Shown here one piece after another: positions 17,773 through 27,786 of a DNA stretch of 64,000 bases (positions are counted from its first letter, which is position 1; every line of letters starts with the position of its first letter). Position numbers and translations under genes: made by a program. The stretch covers positions 1-64,000 of IMG/VR virus record IMGVR_UViG_2866474162_000001; one strand, given 5' to 3'. The notes under the pieces were generated by a model. The model worked only from the letters and a program-made list of their open reading frames with translations. It had not been told where the DNA came from and did no database searches. Source of the DNA: a virus. Its lineage: Duplodnaviria > Caudoviricetes.

Positions 17773-18659
17773 GCGTGGCAGCGTTCGTGGCTTCCCAGAG
17801 GACCGAGCACGGTGTGCCGCACACGGTGACCTGCCGCGCGTTGGGCCTGTCCGAGTCGTGGTTCTACAAGTGGAAGGATCGGCAGCCCACGCCTGGTCAG
17901 CGTCGGCGGGCCGAGCTCGCCGAGAAGATCCGCGAGGTCTTCGACGCCTCGGGCGGCACCTACGGCTCACCTCGGGTGACCCAGGAGCTGCGGGCGGCCG
18001 GCTGGCGGGTCGGGGAGAACACGGTGGCCCGGTTGATGGCCGAGCTCGGCCTGGCCGGACGCGCACCGAAGCGGCGGCGCGGCCTGACCAGGCAGGGTAA
18101 GCGGCCGGCGGCGCCGGACCTCGTGCGCCGGCAGTTCACCGCACCGGCGCCGAACGTGTTGTGGTGCGGGGACATGACCGAGATCGTGACCGGGGAGGGC
18201 AAGCTGTACCTCGCCACGGTGATCGACCTGTTCTCCCGCCGGCTGCTCGGCTACGCCATGTCCGCCCACCACGACGCCGACCTGGTGGTGGCGTCGCTGC
18301 GCATGGCGACTGCCACTCGTGGTGGCGACGTCGACGGGGTGATCTTCCACTCGGATCGGGGCAGCGAGTACACCTGCGAGGCGTACGAGACCGCCTGCTC
18401 CCGGCTGGGGGTGCTGCAGTCGATGGGCCGCGTCGGTAGCGCGTTGGACAACGCCGCGGCGGAGGCGTTCAACTCCACCATCAAGGTCGAGTACATCCAC
18501 CGGCAGCAGTTCCGCACCCGCGCCGAAGCACGGTTAAAGATCTCGACCTGGATTGTGGACTTCTACAACCTCCGTCGCAGGCACAGCGCCTGCGACGGCA
18601 TGTCACCCATCGACTACGAGCATTTCATGGCCGAGGCCAGGAGGGCCGAAGCCGCTTAA
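17769..18659 (+). CDS. IS3 transposase OrfB (DDE)
   Basis: GTGA overlap; [25 protein letters not shown]. Confidence 0.95.
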   Translation: MSVAAFVASQRTEHGVPHTVTCRALGLSESWFYKWKDRQPTPGQRRRAELAEKIREVFDASGGTYGSPRVTQELRAAGWRVGENTVARLMAELGLAGRAPKRRRGLTRQGKRPAAPDLVRRQFTAPAPNVLWCGDMTEIVTGEGKLYLATVIDLFSRRLLGYAMSAHHDADLVVASLRMATATRGGDVDGVIFHSDRGSEYTCEAYETACSRLGVLQSMGRVGSALDNAAAEAFNSTIKVEYIHRQQFRTRAEARLKISTWIVDFYNLRRRHSACDGMSPIDYEHFMAEARRAEAA

Positions 18660-19480
18660 CGGAGTCCTCCACGATTTCGGGGGATTGACACATCGTTCCA
18701 CGGAATTATTGTGCAGGGTAAACGGACGACGAACAATGCCATAGCGGCTTCGCCCGCGCACTCAGTCGCCTGAGCGCTAAATCCCGCAAGGGAGAAAAAA
18801 GCCGTTACGCTGCCCCCGGCCGCTCCAATGAGCTGCTGGACGAGCGGGCGGCCAACCGGTCTATTAGTGTATTTCACCTGTGCTGCTATTGTCGAGCCCA
18901 AAATGTCCACCCCGCCATCCGGTCCGCTCTCGGTGATGCGGGCGTCGTCAAACCCGAATTGGCGCAGCGCAGACGCGCAGAGGTATTCCGCTTGTTGCCA
19001 CGCGGCAGGCGTTACCCGTGCACCCACATTGCTGTCGAGTGTGATCAAGTGAGCCCTGTGACGGGCCGGCCCGTAATCTTCCTCGGCTTCCTTGACGAGG
19101 AACGGGTCACGATCCCTCCAGTTAAGCCTAGCCGGCAACGCTTTCGCTTTATCTCTGATGTAGTCGACGAGCAGTGGATCCTTGCCCTCACTCTGCTCAC
19201 TCGTCCACTTTTCATCGAAGGGCGACGCCGACCAGACGTCGTTGCGAAAAAGGTAGAACGAACAATCCTGGAGCGGGCTGCGGTAATCGTCATCGCGGTC
19301 GTACGTTGTACAAAGATAGAGAATCGCTTTGCGCTCCTGCGCGCGCTTCGTCTCGGCAATATCTCGTGGCTGACACCGAATTCTCTTGGGAGGGCCGCTG
19401 GCGTGTGACACGACTAGCTCCCAGGATGACAAATCTCGCGCAACTTCAATACGTGCTTCTCTCCGCCGCACCACCATCAC
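18656..19480 (-). CDS. Mrr-like restriction endonuclease domain protein, C-terminus replaced by IS sequence
   Basis: AEYLCASALRQFGF...DGGVDI...AAQVKY; the original tail resumes at 17423-17386. Confidence 0.8.
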   Translation of the reverse strand: MMVVRRREARIEVARDLSSWELVVSHASGPPKRIRCQPRDIAETKRAQERKAILYLCTTYDRDDDYRSPLQDCSFYLFRNDVWSASPFDEKWTSEQSEGKDPLLVDYIRDKAKALPARLNWRDRDPFLVKEAEEDYGPARHRAHLITLDSNVGARVTPAAWQQAEYLCASALRQFGFDDARITESGPDGGVDILGSTIAAQVKYTNRPVGRPLVQQLIGAAGGSVTAFFSLAGFSAQATECAGEAAMALFVVRLPCTIIPWNDVSIPRNRGGLR

Positions 19481-19708
19481 TCGGAGTGGATCGACGTCGT
19501 ATGGATTACGGCCCGGTTTGCGGCGCTTTTTGCGATCTCCGCCAGACAGGTGTCTGCCCTCACGTCTGCCATGTATCGAAAGGTATCTATAGGCATGGTA
19601 CTCGGCTTCTCCTATGCCGCCACTGCCACGGCCGGCCGAACACCGAGCGTGCCTCGTGCCTCACACCGGACCGCCATAAACATTCCTAGGCCCGACCGGT
19701 AGGGACGC

Positions 19709-19742
19709 CCGTCGAGGCTGGGAGCTCTCCCAGCCTCGACGG
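19709..19742. terminator. 16-bp hairpin downstream of the GIY-YIG gene
   Basis: CCGTCGAGGCTGGGAG-CT-CTCCCAGCCTCGACGG. Confidence 0.55.
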
Positions 19743-19802
19743 CCGAGCGAGCAGCTACGTTGAGAGGCGCCTGAGTTTCGGCTGGTCCACGCGAAGCGCC
19801 AG

Positions 19803-20408
19803 TCATCGCTCCACTGGAAGTAACCGAGCCTGTGCCCGTTGCGCAGCACGGAGCGCGGAGAGTTGGCCGTGGAACGAGCCATGGCGGTTCTGGTCGAGGT
19901 TGAGTGGAAGCACCCAGGATCGGATCAGCCCCTCCTCAAGCTTCCACGGCTGATCCGTCGCGGACCACACGACGTGTGCGTGCCGAGACATCCACTCGGT
20001 GAGCCGAGGCTCCCCAACTCGACCAAAGGTCATCCGCTTGCCGCTGCCCACGCGCCGTAAACCGATGCCAAGCTCGTCCGCGAGAAGAGAGCCGAGGGTG
20101 AGCCGCAGAGTCGAGCCCTCGGCGTTGCCGCGATAGTGATACCGGACCCTGCTGCGAATCGTCTGTCGGCTGGCAGCACGTCCGTTCATCGGCGGCGCCT
20201 TCGGCGATATTCCAACGTAGAGCAAGGCAGCCCCATCCCACCTGTGGCAGCCTTCGGTCGGGACACCCGGCGGCGGCGACGTGAAGTACCAGGCGTAAAC
20301 GCCAGCCGACGCAGGTATGGGGCAGCCCCGCCCCCGAACCTCCTCGGCTGAGTAGAGCCGGGCGGGGCGAAGGAGGGCTTCCTCTGGGACCACAGGCAGG
20401 CTGGTCAA
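19803..20408 (-). CDS. GIY-YIG nuclease family protein
   Basis: AGVYAWYF...LLYVGIS...RSRVRYHY...STLRLTL. Confidence 0.85.
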   Translation of the reverse strand: MTSLPVVPEEALLRPARLYSAEEVRGRGCPIPASAGVYAWYFTSPPPGVPTEGCHRWDGAALLYVGISPKAPPMNGRAASRQTIRSRVRYHYRGNAEGSTLRLTLGSLLADELGIGLRRVGSGKRMTFGRVGEPRLTEWMSRHAHVVWSATDQPWKLEEGLIRSWVLPLNLDQNRHGSFHGQLSALRAAQRAQARLLPVER

Positions 20409-20412
20409 AACT

Positions 20413-20631
20413 CTAAAGCTTTCCTTCGTACCAAGGGCCGTACCACCAGGCCCAGTCCCCTGAGACGGCTCCGTCCAGGTCTTGGTCGCGAACGGCCGAC
20501 CTGGCGGCTCGCTTAACCTCGGTAGCGATCGCCTTTAGCCTGCCAGCGGTCACGTTGCCACCGCCGGTGAGGTCGATGAACAGGCGAATCTCCATGCACT
20601 TCGCGGTTGGGTTTTGCTCCTCGCTCGGCAT
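20413..20631 (-). CDS. Small hypothetical protein
   Basis: MPSEEQ...WAWWYGPWYEGKL; ends 5 bp before the GIY-YIG start. Confidence 0.45.
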   Translation of the reverse strand: MPSEEQNPTAKCMEIRLFIDLTGGGNVTAGRLKAIATEVKRAARSAVRDQDLDGAVSGDWAWWYGPWYEGKL

Positions 20632-21080
20632 CGCGGCCTCCCCTTCGTTGCGCAAACTCTGCGAGATCTCTAAGAATTCTCTAAAAGATTCGTGATCATC
20701 ATCATCGGCCGTTCGGACGATGTCGAGCGTCAGTGGTTGGCGTGGCGGGACGGATCGTCTCAGCAGATGTGGCCCCGTCGGTCCTAGTCCAGCTCTCAAG
20801 AGAACGCTGACCTGGGATCCCAACTGAGGTTTCCGTAGGCGGAGCGGGGTCGGGGCAGGTAGGCCGAGGTCGATACTTGATCTCGTAACGTGCAGGCCTC
20901 ACGCATTCGTTGTGGCTGATTTGCGCCCGGTCCCCGCTTCGGCTGTTCGACGATGGCGGGGGAGGAACGAAGCATGAGCGCCGCTCGCAATCTCGAAGGG
21001 TCGGGCTGGAGGGGGTGAGCTCGGACTGGCGGTGGGAGACGTCGCTGGGTGGGCCGGTACTACGCCGGCCTGTCGCCCCG

Positions 21081-22088
21081 ATGCTGGCCGCGCCGGTCGA
21101 CGCGGTGCCCGAGGGTCCGAACCTGGTCTATGAGCCGAAGTGGGATGGGTGGCGGGCGCTCGCCTTCCGGGGAGCCTCCGACGTCTACTTGCAGTCGCGC
21201 GCCGGCAGGAATCTGACGCCGTACTTCCCGGATATCACGCGGGCGGTGCGGGCCTTCGTTCCGCCCGGTGTGGTGCTCGATGGGGAACTGGTCGTCTGGG
21301 AGCGCGGGCGGACGAACTTCGCCCTGCTGCAGCGGCGGGTCACCGCGGGCCGACAGTTGCTGCGCGAGGCCCGTGAGCACCCGGCCTACTACGTCACCTT
21401 CGACCTTCTCGTCGACGCTGGCGGGGAGCCGGTGCTCGACGCGCCGCTGGTCGAGCGTCGGGCGCGGCTGGTGCGGCTGCTCGCCGGCGCCCCGCCGCAG
21501 TTGGCGGTCACCCCGCAGAGCGCCGACCTGTCCGAGGTGAGCGGATGGCTGACCACCTGGACCGCGGCGGGCGTCGAAGGGGTTGTGATCAAACGCGTCG
21601 ACAGCCGGTATGAGCCTGGCCGCCGAGGATGGGCGAAGTTCCGGGCACGTGCCACCACGGAGGCGATCATCGGCGGCGTCACCGGCAGCATCCGCAACCC
21701 CGAGACTGCTCTCCTCGGCCGCTTCGACCGGCGGGGTCGACTGCGATACACCGGCCGCACACACCCGCTGGCCACGCCGCAGCGTCTGGAGCTGGCTTCG
21801 CTGCTCGCGCCGCCACGCCCGACCGACCGCCCTGTTGTCATCCATCCCTGGCCCGATCCGCTCCCGGCTTCCTGGTCCGGCCAGTTCGAGCGGCCCGAGC
21901 CGCTGCGCTACACCCAGGTCGAGCCCACCGTGGTGGCTGACATCGAGGTGGACACGGCCTACGAGCACCACCGGTGGCGTCACCGCGTCCGGTACGCGCG
22001 CCCAAGGCCGGACCTGTCGGTGTACGACGTGCCCCTGATCCTCAACGAGGGTGAAGATCCCTTCTCCGGCCACGCGCGCAGCGCCTGA
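21081..22088 (+). CDS. ATP-dependent DNA ligase (LigC-like)
   Basis: PMLA, YEPKWDGWR adenylation motif, LDGELV, EGVVIK, YEPGRRGWAK. Confidence 0.92.
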   Translation: MLAAPVDAVPEGPNLVYEPKWDGWRALAFRGASDVYLQSRAGRNLTPYFPDITRAVRAFVPPGVVLDGELVVWERGRTNFALLQRRVTAGRQLLREAREHPAYYVTFDLLVDAGGEPVLDAPLVERRARLVRLLAGAPPQLAVTPQSADLSEVSGWLTTWTAAGVEGVVIKRVDSRYEPGRRGWAKFRARATTEAIIGGVTGSIRNPETALLGRFDRRGRLRYTGRTHPLATPQRLELASLLAPPRPTDRPVVIHPWPDPLPASWSGQFERPEPLRYTQVEPTVVADIEVDTAYEHHRWRHRVRYARPRPDLSVYDVPLILNEGEDPFSGHARSA

Positions 22089-22149
22089 GCTTGATCGTCG
22101 CCCCATTGCTCGACAGCCGGCAGGAGCCGGCGTAGGCCTGCGGTTCGGA

Positions 22150-23466
22150 TCAGGCAGCAGGTCGGTCTGATCGAGGGGCCCAGTTGCTGCGGTCGGCCCA
22201 CGCGTCAGCCCCTACCTCGGCCTGAGGAAAAGGAGTTGTGTCGTGGCCGCGAGTGCCGAGGTCGGGGCGCTCCTTCCGTTCCTGCTCGTCGATCTTGATC
22301 AGGTCCGACATGGCTTCGACGTGCAGCCGTTCTGCGTCGAGCAGGTAGGAGATGAAGGTGTGCACCGTGTCGAGCAGGGCCTTCTCCGGATTGCTGCACG
22401 AGGAGAACAGGCCGTTGACGGCTTCGATGTAGCTCTTGAGGGCGCCGATGAGCGTGCCGATGTGCTGGTAGCCGAGGCCGGCGTAGGCGTTGCGCAGGCC
22501 CTCAAGCATGCTGGCGGCCTTCTTGCCCTCCTCGGCCAGCCAGCGTGTCTGGGCTTCGAGCTGTGTGAGATAGGCCGCCGCGCGGTCGGCGTACTGGCTG
22601 AAGGCTTGCGAGGCGCTGCCTTCCCAGTAGAGCTTGAGGTTCTTCAGTTCGCCGTCCATCTCGGCGCGGAGCTCCGCGTAGGTGTTGGCGGCCGAGTGAA
22701 CCAGGTCGGCGCGGTTACGGATGATCTTGGGTGAGGACCGCCAGGCGTGGACCATAAGGTTGGTCAGGGGAAGGCGCTCGCCCGTGCCCAGCTCGATCAG
22801 GATCGCTTCGAGCTGGAGCAGCGTGTCCCGGTACTCGTGGATGAACGTGTCGAGTTGGTCGCCTTCGCCGTTCTCGTAGTAGGTGGTGCGGCCGCCGCTG
22901 AAGCCGAGGTTGTTGCCGTCGGTGCTGCCGATGGTGATCGGTTCCTCGACCTCGCGGGTTCGTGGCAGCTTCTCGTTGCGGGTGGCGCCCAAGCGGTCAT
23001 TGCCATCGGGGATCACCACCACAGGCTGGTCGTCCGGAAGCCTCCTGTCGTGCGGTTGGGCGAGGACGCCGGCTCCGCCGGGGCGGACCCGTACGCTGCC
23101 GCCGTAGCCGTCTCCGAGTGGCAGATAGGGCAGCAGGTCCCGATTCATCACGTCGAAGTTGGTGGCGACGTCCAGCTCGGTGCCCTCGTAGTCCGCCGCG
23201 ATCTGCATGAGCCCGTCGGCCATGCGCTCCATCTCGTTACGGGCAGTGTTCGCCTCGGAGATCCTGCTGCCCAGTGCGGTTGCCCAGTCCCGGTTCAGCT
23301 TCTCCGAGATGCCTTCGAGCGTGCCCCACGCCGCAGCGGGGATAGATCCGACATCGCCGAGGTAGCGCCCGACGGCGCTGTAGGTCACGGCGTCTTCGTA
23401 GCGCTCCACGCCGAAGGCCACCAGGGCCCGCGACTCGACCCGAAGGGCGGACGTGTCCGTGGTCAT
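22150..23466 (-). CDS. WXG100-like (type VII secretion target) protein
   Basis: Helical protein with YWEGSASQAFSQY (WxG). Confidence 0.65.
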   Translation of the reverse strand: MTTDTSALRVESRALVAFGVERYEDAVTYSAVGRYLGDVGSIPAAAWGTLEGISEKLNRDWATALGSRISEANTARNEMERMADGLMQIAADYEGTELDVATNFDVMNRDLLPYLPLGDGYGGSVRVRPGGAGVLAQPHDRRLPDDQPVVVIPDGNDRLGATRNEKLPRTREVEEPITIGSTDGNNLGFSGGRTTYYENGEGDQLDTFIHEYRDTLLQLEAILIELGTGERLPLTNLMVHAWRSSPKIIRNRADLVHSAANTYAELRAEMDGELKNLKLYWEGSASQAFSQYADRAAAYLTQLEAQTRWLAEEGKKAASMLEGLRNAYAGLGYQHIGTLIGALKSYIEAVNGLFSSCSNPEKALLDTVHTFISYLLDAERLHVEAMSDLIKIDEQERKERPDLGTRGHDTTPFPQAEVGADAWADRSNWAPRSDRPAA

Positions 23467-23768
23467 GACTCTTGCCACTCCCCGTGCTGCAACTCGACGG
23501 GCGTGAACGGCTCAGCCCCGACGGGTGAGCCGAAGTAGTCGATGCGAAGCTGGCGGTACTGCCGCCGGTGATCGGCGACCGCGGCAAGGAGCGCCGTGCG
23601 AATCTCGGAAGCCACCTCGTCCGGGCTGCATTGACGCACCATGCCGCGGATGATGACGACATTGATCTCCCCATCGTGGTGCCGGATCACCCGCACCCAC
23701 CGATTGACGGAGACACCTTTGGCCGTGATCCGGCCGACGTCCTCGAAGTAGCGCTCAAGCTTGCCCAC
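23463..23768 (-). CDS. YbaB/EbfC-like small protein
   Basis: Beta-hairpin plus helix (VASEIRTALLAA); overlaps the WXG100 start. Confidence 0.5.
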   Translation of the reverse strand: MGKLERYFEDVGRITAKGVSVNRWVRVIRHHDGEINVVIIRGMVRQCSPDEVASEIRTALLAAVADHRRQYRQLRIDYFGSPVGAEPFTPVELQHGEWQES

Positions 23769-23776
23769 GCGTGCTC

Positions 23777-24346
23777 CTAGTCGCTGGCCTTGAGCGCCAT
23801 CGCGCGGTCGATGATGCGCTGCGCGCTGCTGTTCGCGTACGCGACGACCTGCTCCGGGGGCCGGCTGGAGCTGCTGAACTCTGCGAGGGTGTGCGCGTAG
23901 CGCTCGTCGGAGGCCACGAACACGCCGGCGAAAGCCTTGTCGTTGATCTTCTGCGAACAGGCGCGAGTCACCTTGTACCTAGCGCCGCTCGGATTCGGAA
24001 CTACCTCGCCGTAGCAGGGGCCATCCGTCGCCTTCTTGCGCAGAGCGGCTTCGTCGTCACCTGCGCTGAGATCCAGGACGACCGTGCCCCAGTAAGCCTG
24101 GTCCGCGGACCGAAATCCAAACTCGCACCGGACCAGAGACCTGGTCACCTCACGCGTCGGCTCGGTACGGGTGAGGGTCCAGGAGCCCTCCACGGCGCTC
24201 GGCAGAGCTTCGGCCAAGTCATTGCAGGAGGGAACGACCTGGTCACCAGCTAGGGGCCCCCACCGCCACAGTCCCAAAGAGCCGACGCTCACAAAGACAA
24301 CTCCAGCCAGGATGGCCAGCGGCCTCTTGCTCATCCGGATATTCAC
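23777..24346 (-). CDS. Membrane-anchored exported protein
   Basis: N-terminal TM helix, Cys pairs, DUF3558-like layout. Confidence 0.65.
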   Translation of the reverse strand: MNIRMSKRPLAILAGVVFVSVGSLGLWRWGPLAGDQVVPSCNDLAEALPSAVEGSWTLTRTEPTREVTRSLVRCEFGFRSADQAYWGTVVLDLSAGDDEAALRKKATDGPCYGEVVPNPSGARYKVTRACSQKINDKAFAGVFVASDERYAHTLAEFSSSSRPPEQVVAYANSSAQRIIDRAMALKASD

Positions 24347-24603
24347 CCCTCGGGGCGCCGTTCGTCGCGAGGAAACTCGACTTCCCGCCTCGCCTGTTGT
24401 AAGGACGCCAGTGCCAGCCTGGCCGCTGCCCGCACCTGTCGGGCCAGCGAATCGTCGCTGTGGCGATGCAAGCCCTGAACATGCACCTCCACGTCACCAT
24501 GCGAGGAGGCGATGATCCGGACTGACCGGTCGGGCGAGTGGACGTCCGCCTGCGGGTCGGCAGGCGCTTCGTCGGAATCTGAAGGCCGCGGTCCAGGGAT
24601 CAT
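24343..24603 (-). CDS. YbaB/EbfC-like small protein
   Basis: SPDRSVRIIASSHGDVEV...LARQVRAAAR. Confidence 0.45.
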   Translation of the reverse strand: MIPGPRPSDSDEAPADPQADVHSPDRSVRIIASSHGDVEVHVQGLHRHSDDSLARQVRAAARLALASLQQARREVEFPRDERRPEG

Positions 24604-24755
24604 TGACCGAGGACCTCCCTGGCCTGTCCGGCACCTGCCACCGGGGCCCGAGACCGCCCGATGCGACTGTCGATCCGCGCGCACATGCGGCGACATTACC
24701 AACGACCGTCATCGCTTCGCTGCCCTGAGTAATCGTCAGGAATGGGCCACCCGAG

Positions 24756-24968
24756 CTACTGGTATTGGTAGACCTCGGTGCCATCGAGCCTGCCGGCATG
24801 GAGGTAGACGTGCTCCACCGCAGGCGCGGCAACGTCGCCTGCCCCGACGTATAAGCCAGTCTGAGGCAGCTTGACCACCGCCGGTGGGCTTCCGTCGGCG
24901 GCGACCTCCACGGGCATCAGTCGCCCGTCGACCGGTCCACCGAGAAACCACGCCTCTACTGCCGCCAT
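24756..24968 (-). CDS. Small hypothetical protein
   Basis: WFLGGPVDGRL motif. Confidence 0.55.
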   Translation of the reverse strand: MAAVEAWFLGGPVDGRLMPVEVAADGSPPAVVKLPQTGLYVGAGDVAAPAVEHVYLHAGRLDGTEVYQYQ

Positions 24969-25177
24969 CCGGCCATCATGCCGCTGGCGGTTGGTGGGCA
25001 TGGACAGCGACATCAATCGCCATGGCCGAGCCTCCGCCTCGGCCATGTGCGGGGGAGCAGCTGCGGTTCCCCGGATGCCGGCGCAGCCCGCATTGGCTCA
25101 ACGTCGAGGCGCCGTCGCTGTCAACCGGGTCGTGTTCGGGCGAGCCCTCATCAGGGGCTCAAGGCGCACCTGAGCTG

Positions 25178-25621
25178 CTACGGGCGCAGGCTTCCGCGTG
25201 CTTTCCCGAACAGTGACGCGAGCTCCGGAGTCATCGAGTAGTTGCCGCTTCCGCCTACCGGGCCGTCTTCGAAGCGGAACGGCAGTGAACGGCCGACCTC
25301 GGCGCAGTAGCGGCCCGGCCAGGCCAAGACACCCGCGACCCCGTACTTGCCATTCGGGATGTCCAGGTCGCTCGCGAGCTGCTCGCCCGAGAACGTTTTC
25401 TCAGGCGAGTCGATGAGAACGCCGAACAGGTCCTTGGCGCGTTGGCTGAACTTGGCCCAGACAACCTTGGCGAGTTCCAGGTCGCTGTCCGTGTCCTGCC
25501 AGGCAACCGCGTCCGAGGGGCCGTCCGATACTTCACGGGGCGGCCCGGCGAGCCAGCGACCGAACATCTCGTAGAACTCGGGGATGCGCTCCTCTGGCAC
25601 GAGCACCTTGATCTCTTGCAT
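25178..25621 (-). CDS. wHTH-like hypothetical protein (DUF6416-like)
   Basis: GGAGG RBS; FSGEQLASDLDIPNGKYGVAGVLAWP. Confidence 0.6.
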   Translation of the reverse strand: MQEIKVLVPEERIPEFYEMFGRWLAGPPREVSDGPSDAVAWQDTDSDLELAKVVWAKFSQRAKDLFGVLIDSPEKTFSGEQLASDLDIPNGKYGVAGVLAWPGRYCAEVGRSLPFRFEDGPVGGSGNYSMTPELASLFGKARGSLRP

Positions 25622-25880
25622 CTCTACCTCCAACTTGCTCATTGGACGGAGCCAGGCTATACCTATGTCAGGCATAGGTAAAGACAGGTAGGGGCCAGGC
25701 GCGGGGCCAGCGGAGGGTGGCGGTGCCCTAAGTGGGAGGTCGGCGGGCTTGCCTTGGCGGATCGTTGCGCACCACCGGGGGTGGGTGTTGAGGCAGGGCT
25801 AGGCGGATATGTTCTTGCTCTTCGATCTGTCGGTCTGGCAGAATCTCTGAGTGCAGAGATTACACAGATTAGGGGGAGGT

Positions 25881-26318
25881 ATGCGGCGGATCGAGATCGA
25901 CGACGACGTGTACGCCGAGCTGGAGCGGAACGTCAAGGGCTTCGAGCAGCCGAACGATGTCCTCAGGCGAATGCTCCTAGAGAAGGGCCACTCCACCGCG
26001 GGAAGCCCGGCGGTTCCCAGCCCGGCCGCGCCGTCCATCCCAGGAGCTCTCACCGCCCTCATCGAGAAAGGGTTTGTGAAGCCGGGCGACGCTCTGAGCC
26101 ATGTCCAGGTGCGGAAGGGGCGGCGCTTCGCCGCGACCGTCGAGGCCGACGGCTGGATCAGGACCGAACTCGGCCGATACAAGGAGCCCTCGCCGGCGCT
26201 GGGCAAGCTGGTAGGCACGTCGATCGACGGGTGGGCGTACTGGATTCATGACCCGACGGGGAAGTCCCTTCGACAACTGCGCGCGGAGAGCGGCGCTACC
26301 GGCCGGGGAGGCCGCTGA
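25881..26318 (+). CDS. SeqA-N-like ribbon-helix-helix fused to a RAMA domain
   Basis: MRRIEIDDDVYAEL...PNDVLRRML; LIEKGFVKPGDAL...ADGWI...PSPA...DGWAYW. Confidence 0.75.
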   Translation: MRRIEIDDDVYAELERNVKGFEQPNDVLRRMLLEKGHSTAGSPAVPSPAAPSIPGALTALIEKGFVKPGDALSHVQVRKGRRFAATVEADGWIRTELGRYKEPSPALGKLVGTSIDGWAYWIHDPTGKSLRQLRAESGATGRGGR

Positions 26319-26509
26319 ACCAGTACCGATCGGCTCAGGGCATCGGATGTGGTCGTGCGGGGTGGGCGTAGGCGTAGCTGGTCGTTGGGGTCCCGTCGAT
26401 GTGCCCTGAGCGATCAGTTACCGCCGCGGGCAGCCAGCCGGCAAATGGAGCACTGTCGCGCCCGCTGCTTCAGCAGGCGTTCGGATCAATCATAGGAAGG
26501 AAGCAAGGA

Positions 26510-27544
26510 GTGGCTTCCGTGCCTACGCCGGCCAAGGATCCGCAGCGGGCGGTCATCCAGGCCCTGTACGACCACTTCCGCAGCCATGCTGTGTGGCCGG
26601 AGTTCGATCGCGTAGACCGCCAGCTCTGGCGAACGGCGAAGATTGACGTCGCCCAGGTGGCCGTCAGCATTCCCGAAGTGTTTCTGGTGACGCACGGACC
26701 GCGCGGCGTCGCACCCAGAGGCCACGACATGATGCGGCTTACGCTAGCCGGCATCGAGCGCTGCGACGGAGGCCAGGACGACGTCGAACTCTTCCTCCGC
26801 GCCCTGCGCTGGCTAGCGCGATACGAAGACAAGCATGACCCGGAGCCGGGTGAGACGACAGTGATAGTCACCCGCGCCATGCTCGCCAAGGGCCTCCGCG
26901 TGCCCTTGCGTGAGGCTGGCCGGCTCCGTCGGCTCTTCGAACTGCTCTATTGGGAGCGCTGGGGCGGTGAGGGAAATTCGCGCAATCCCGATATAGACGA
27001 CTGGCGCGTGAAGGTCGGGCGGGATGTCAGGCACTTCTTGCGTGTGAGGAGCGTCGAGGACTTCCTCGAGGCGACAGCGGGCTGGCTCGGGCCTCATGCG
27101 CCCATCGGTGTTGAATCCCGTTCTGAGCCGTCGACGGCCTCCCAGGAGGAAGCAGGCAGCTACATCGATGAGCGCATCTTCGACCTCATCAAGCAGGCAC
27201 ACGGAGGCCGATGGGACTGCACAAAGCTCCTCGTTCTTCTGCGTGAGCTCGATGACAACTACCGTGGCGGCAATGCATACGCAGCGCATGCCTTGCTACG
27301 TGCCCTGCTGGATCACGTGCCACCGCTGTTTGGTCAGTCGTCGTTCGCGCAGGTCGCCAACAACCATCCATGGGGCCGAACCGATGGCAAGTACGTCAAG
27401 CGTCTCGTAGCCTTTCGCGACCAAGCTGACGATGTGATGCACCGCCAGATCGCTAGGATCCCATGTCTGCTGTCCATGGAGGACATGCCGCCCCGTGCCG
27501 TGGTCAACCGCTTCCTGGCGGGTTGCGCGGATCAACTCGGCTGA
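26510..27544 (+). CDS. Putative defence protein (Abi/HEPN-like C-terminus)
   Basis: ELDDNY...LLRALLDHVPPLFG..SFAQVANN; lower GC than the phage genes. Confidence 0.55.
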   Translation: MASVPTPAKDPQRAVIQALYDHFRSHAVWPEFDRVDRQLWRTAKIDVAQVAVSIPEVFLVTHGPRGVAPRGHDMMRLTLAGIERCDGGQDDVELFLRALRWLARYEDKHDPEPGETTVIVTRAMLAKGLRVPLREAGRLRRLFELLYWERWGGEGNSRNPDIDDWRVKVGRDVRHFLRVRSVEDFLEATAGWLGPHAPIGVESRSEPSTASQEEAGSYIDERIFDLIKQAHGGRWDCTKLLVLLRELDDNYRGGNAYAAHALLRALLDHVPPLFGQSSFAQVANNHPWGRTDGKYVKRLVAFRDQADDVMHRQIARIPCLLSMEDMPPRAVVNRFLAGCADQLG

Positions 27545-27786
27545 CGCCCGGATCGATGTTGAAGAGGAGGCGTGAGGCGGCCGGTGGAGTGGAGTCGCCG
27601 GGCAACCACCAGGACCGGGACAGGCGGAGTGCGGAGCCTGGCGGAGAGGCAGGCGTTTGTGGTCGAGGACCTACACGCCGCGCTCAGTGGACCGCACGAC
27701 GGCGAGACGACAAAGGAGGCGGAGGTGATCCCGCGGCATCGGGCGGCGGGGCTGACTTCGCGAGTGACTGCCCATAGGGTGCCCTG

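Larger units (their letters stand above)
17424..18690 (+). mobile_element. IS3-family insertion sequence, 1267 bp
   Basis: 25-bp imperfect terminal IRs TGAGGTTCCCCCGATAGCGTGGAGG / TGTCAATCCCCCGAAATCGTGGAGG; 3-bp target duplication CAT (17421-17423, 18691-18693). Confidence 0.95.

Noticed and set aside
25206-25221. CCGAAC-AGTG-ACGCGA as a LexA box
   Set aside because: Two mismatches to the consensus and it lies inside the 3' end of a CDS.
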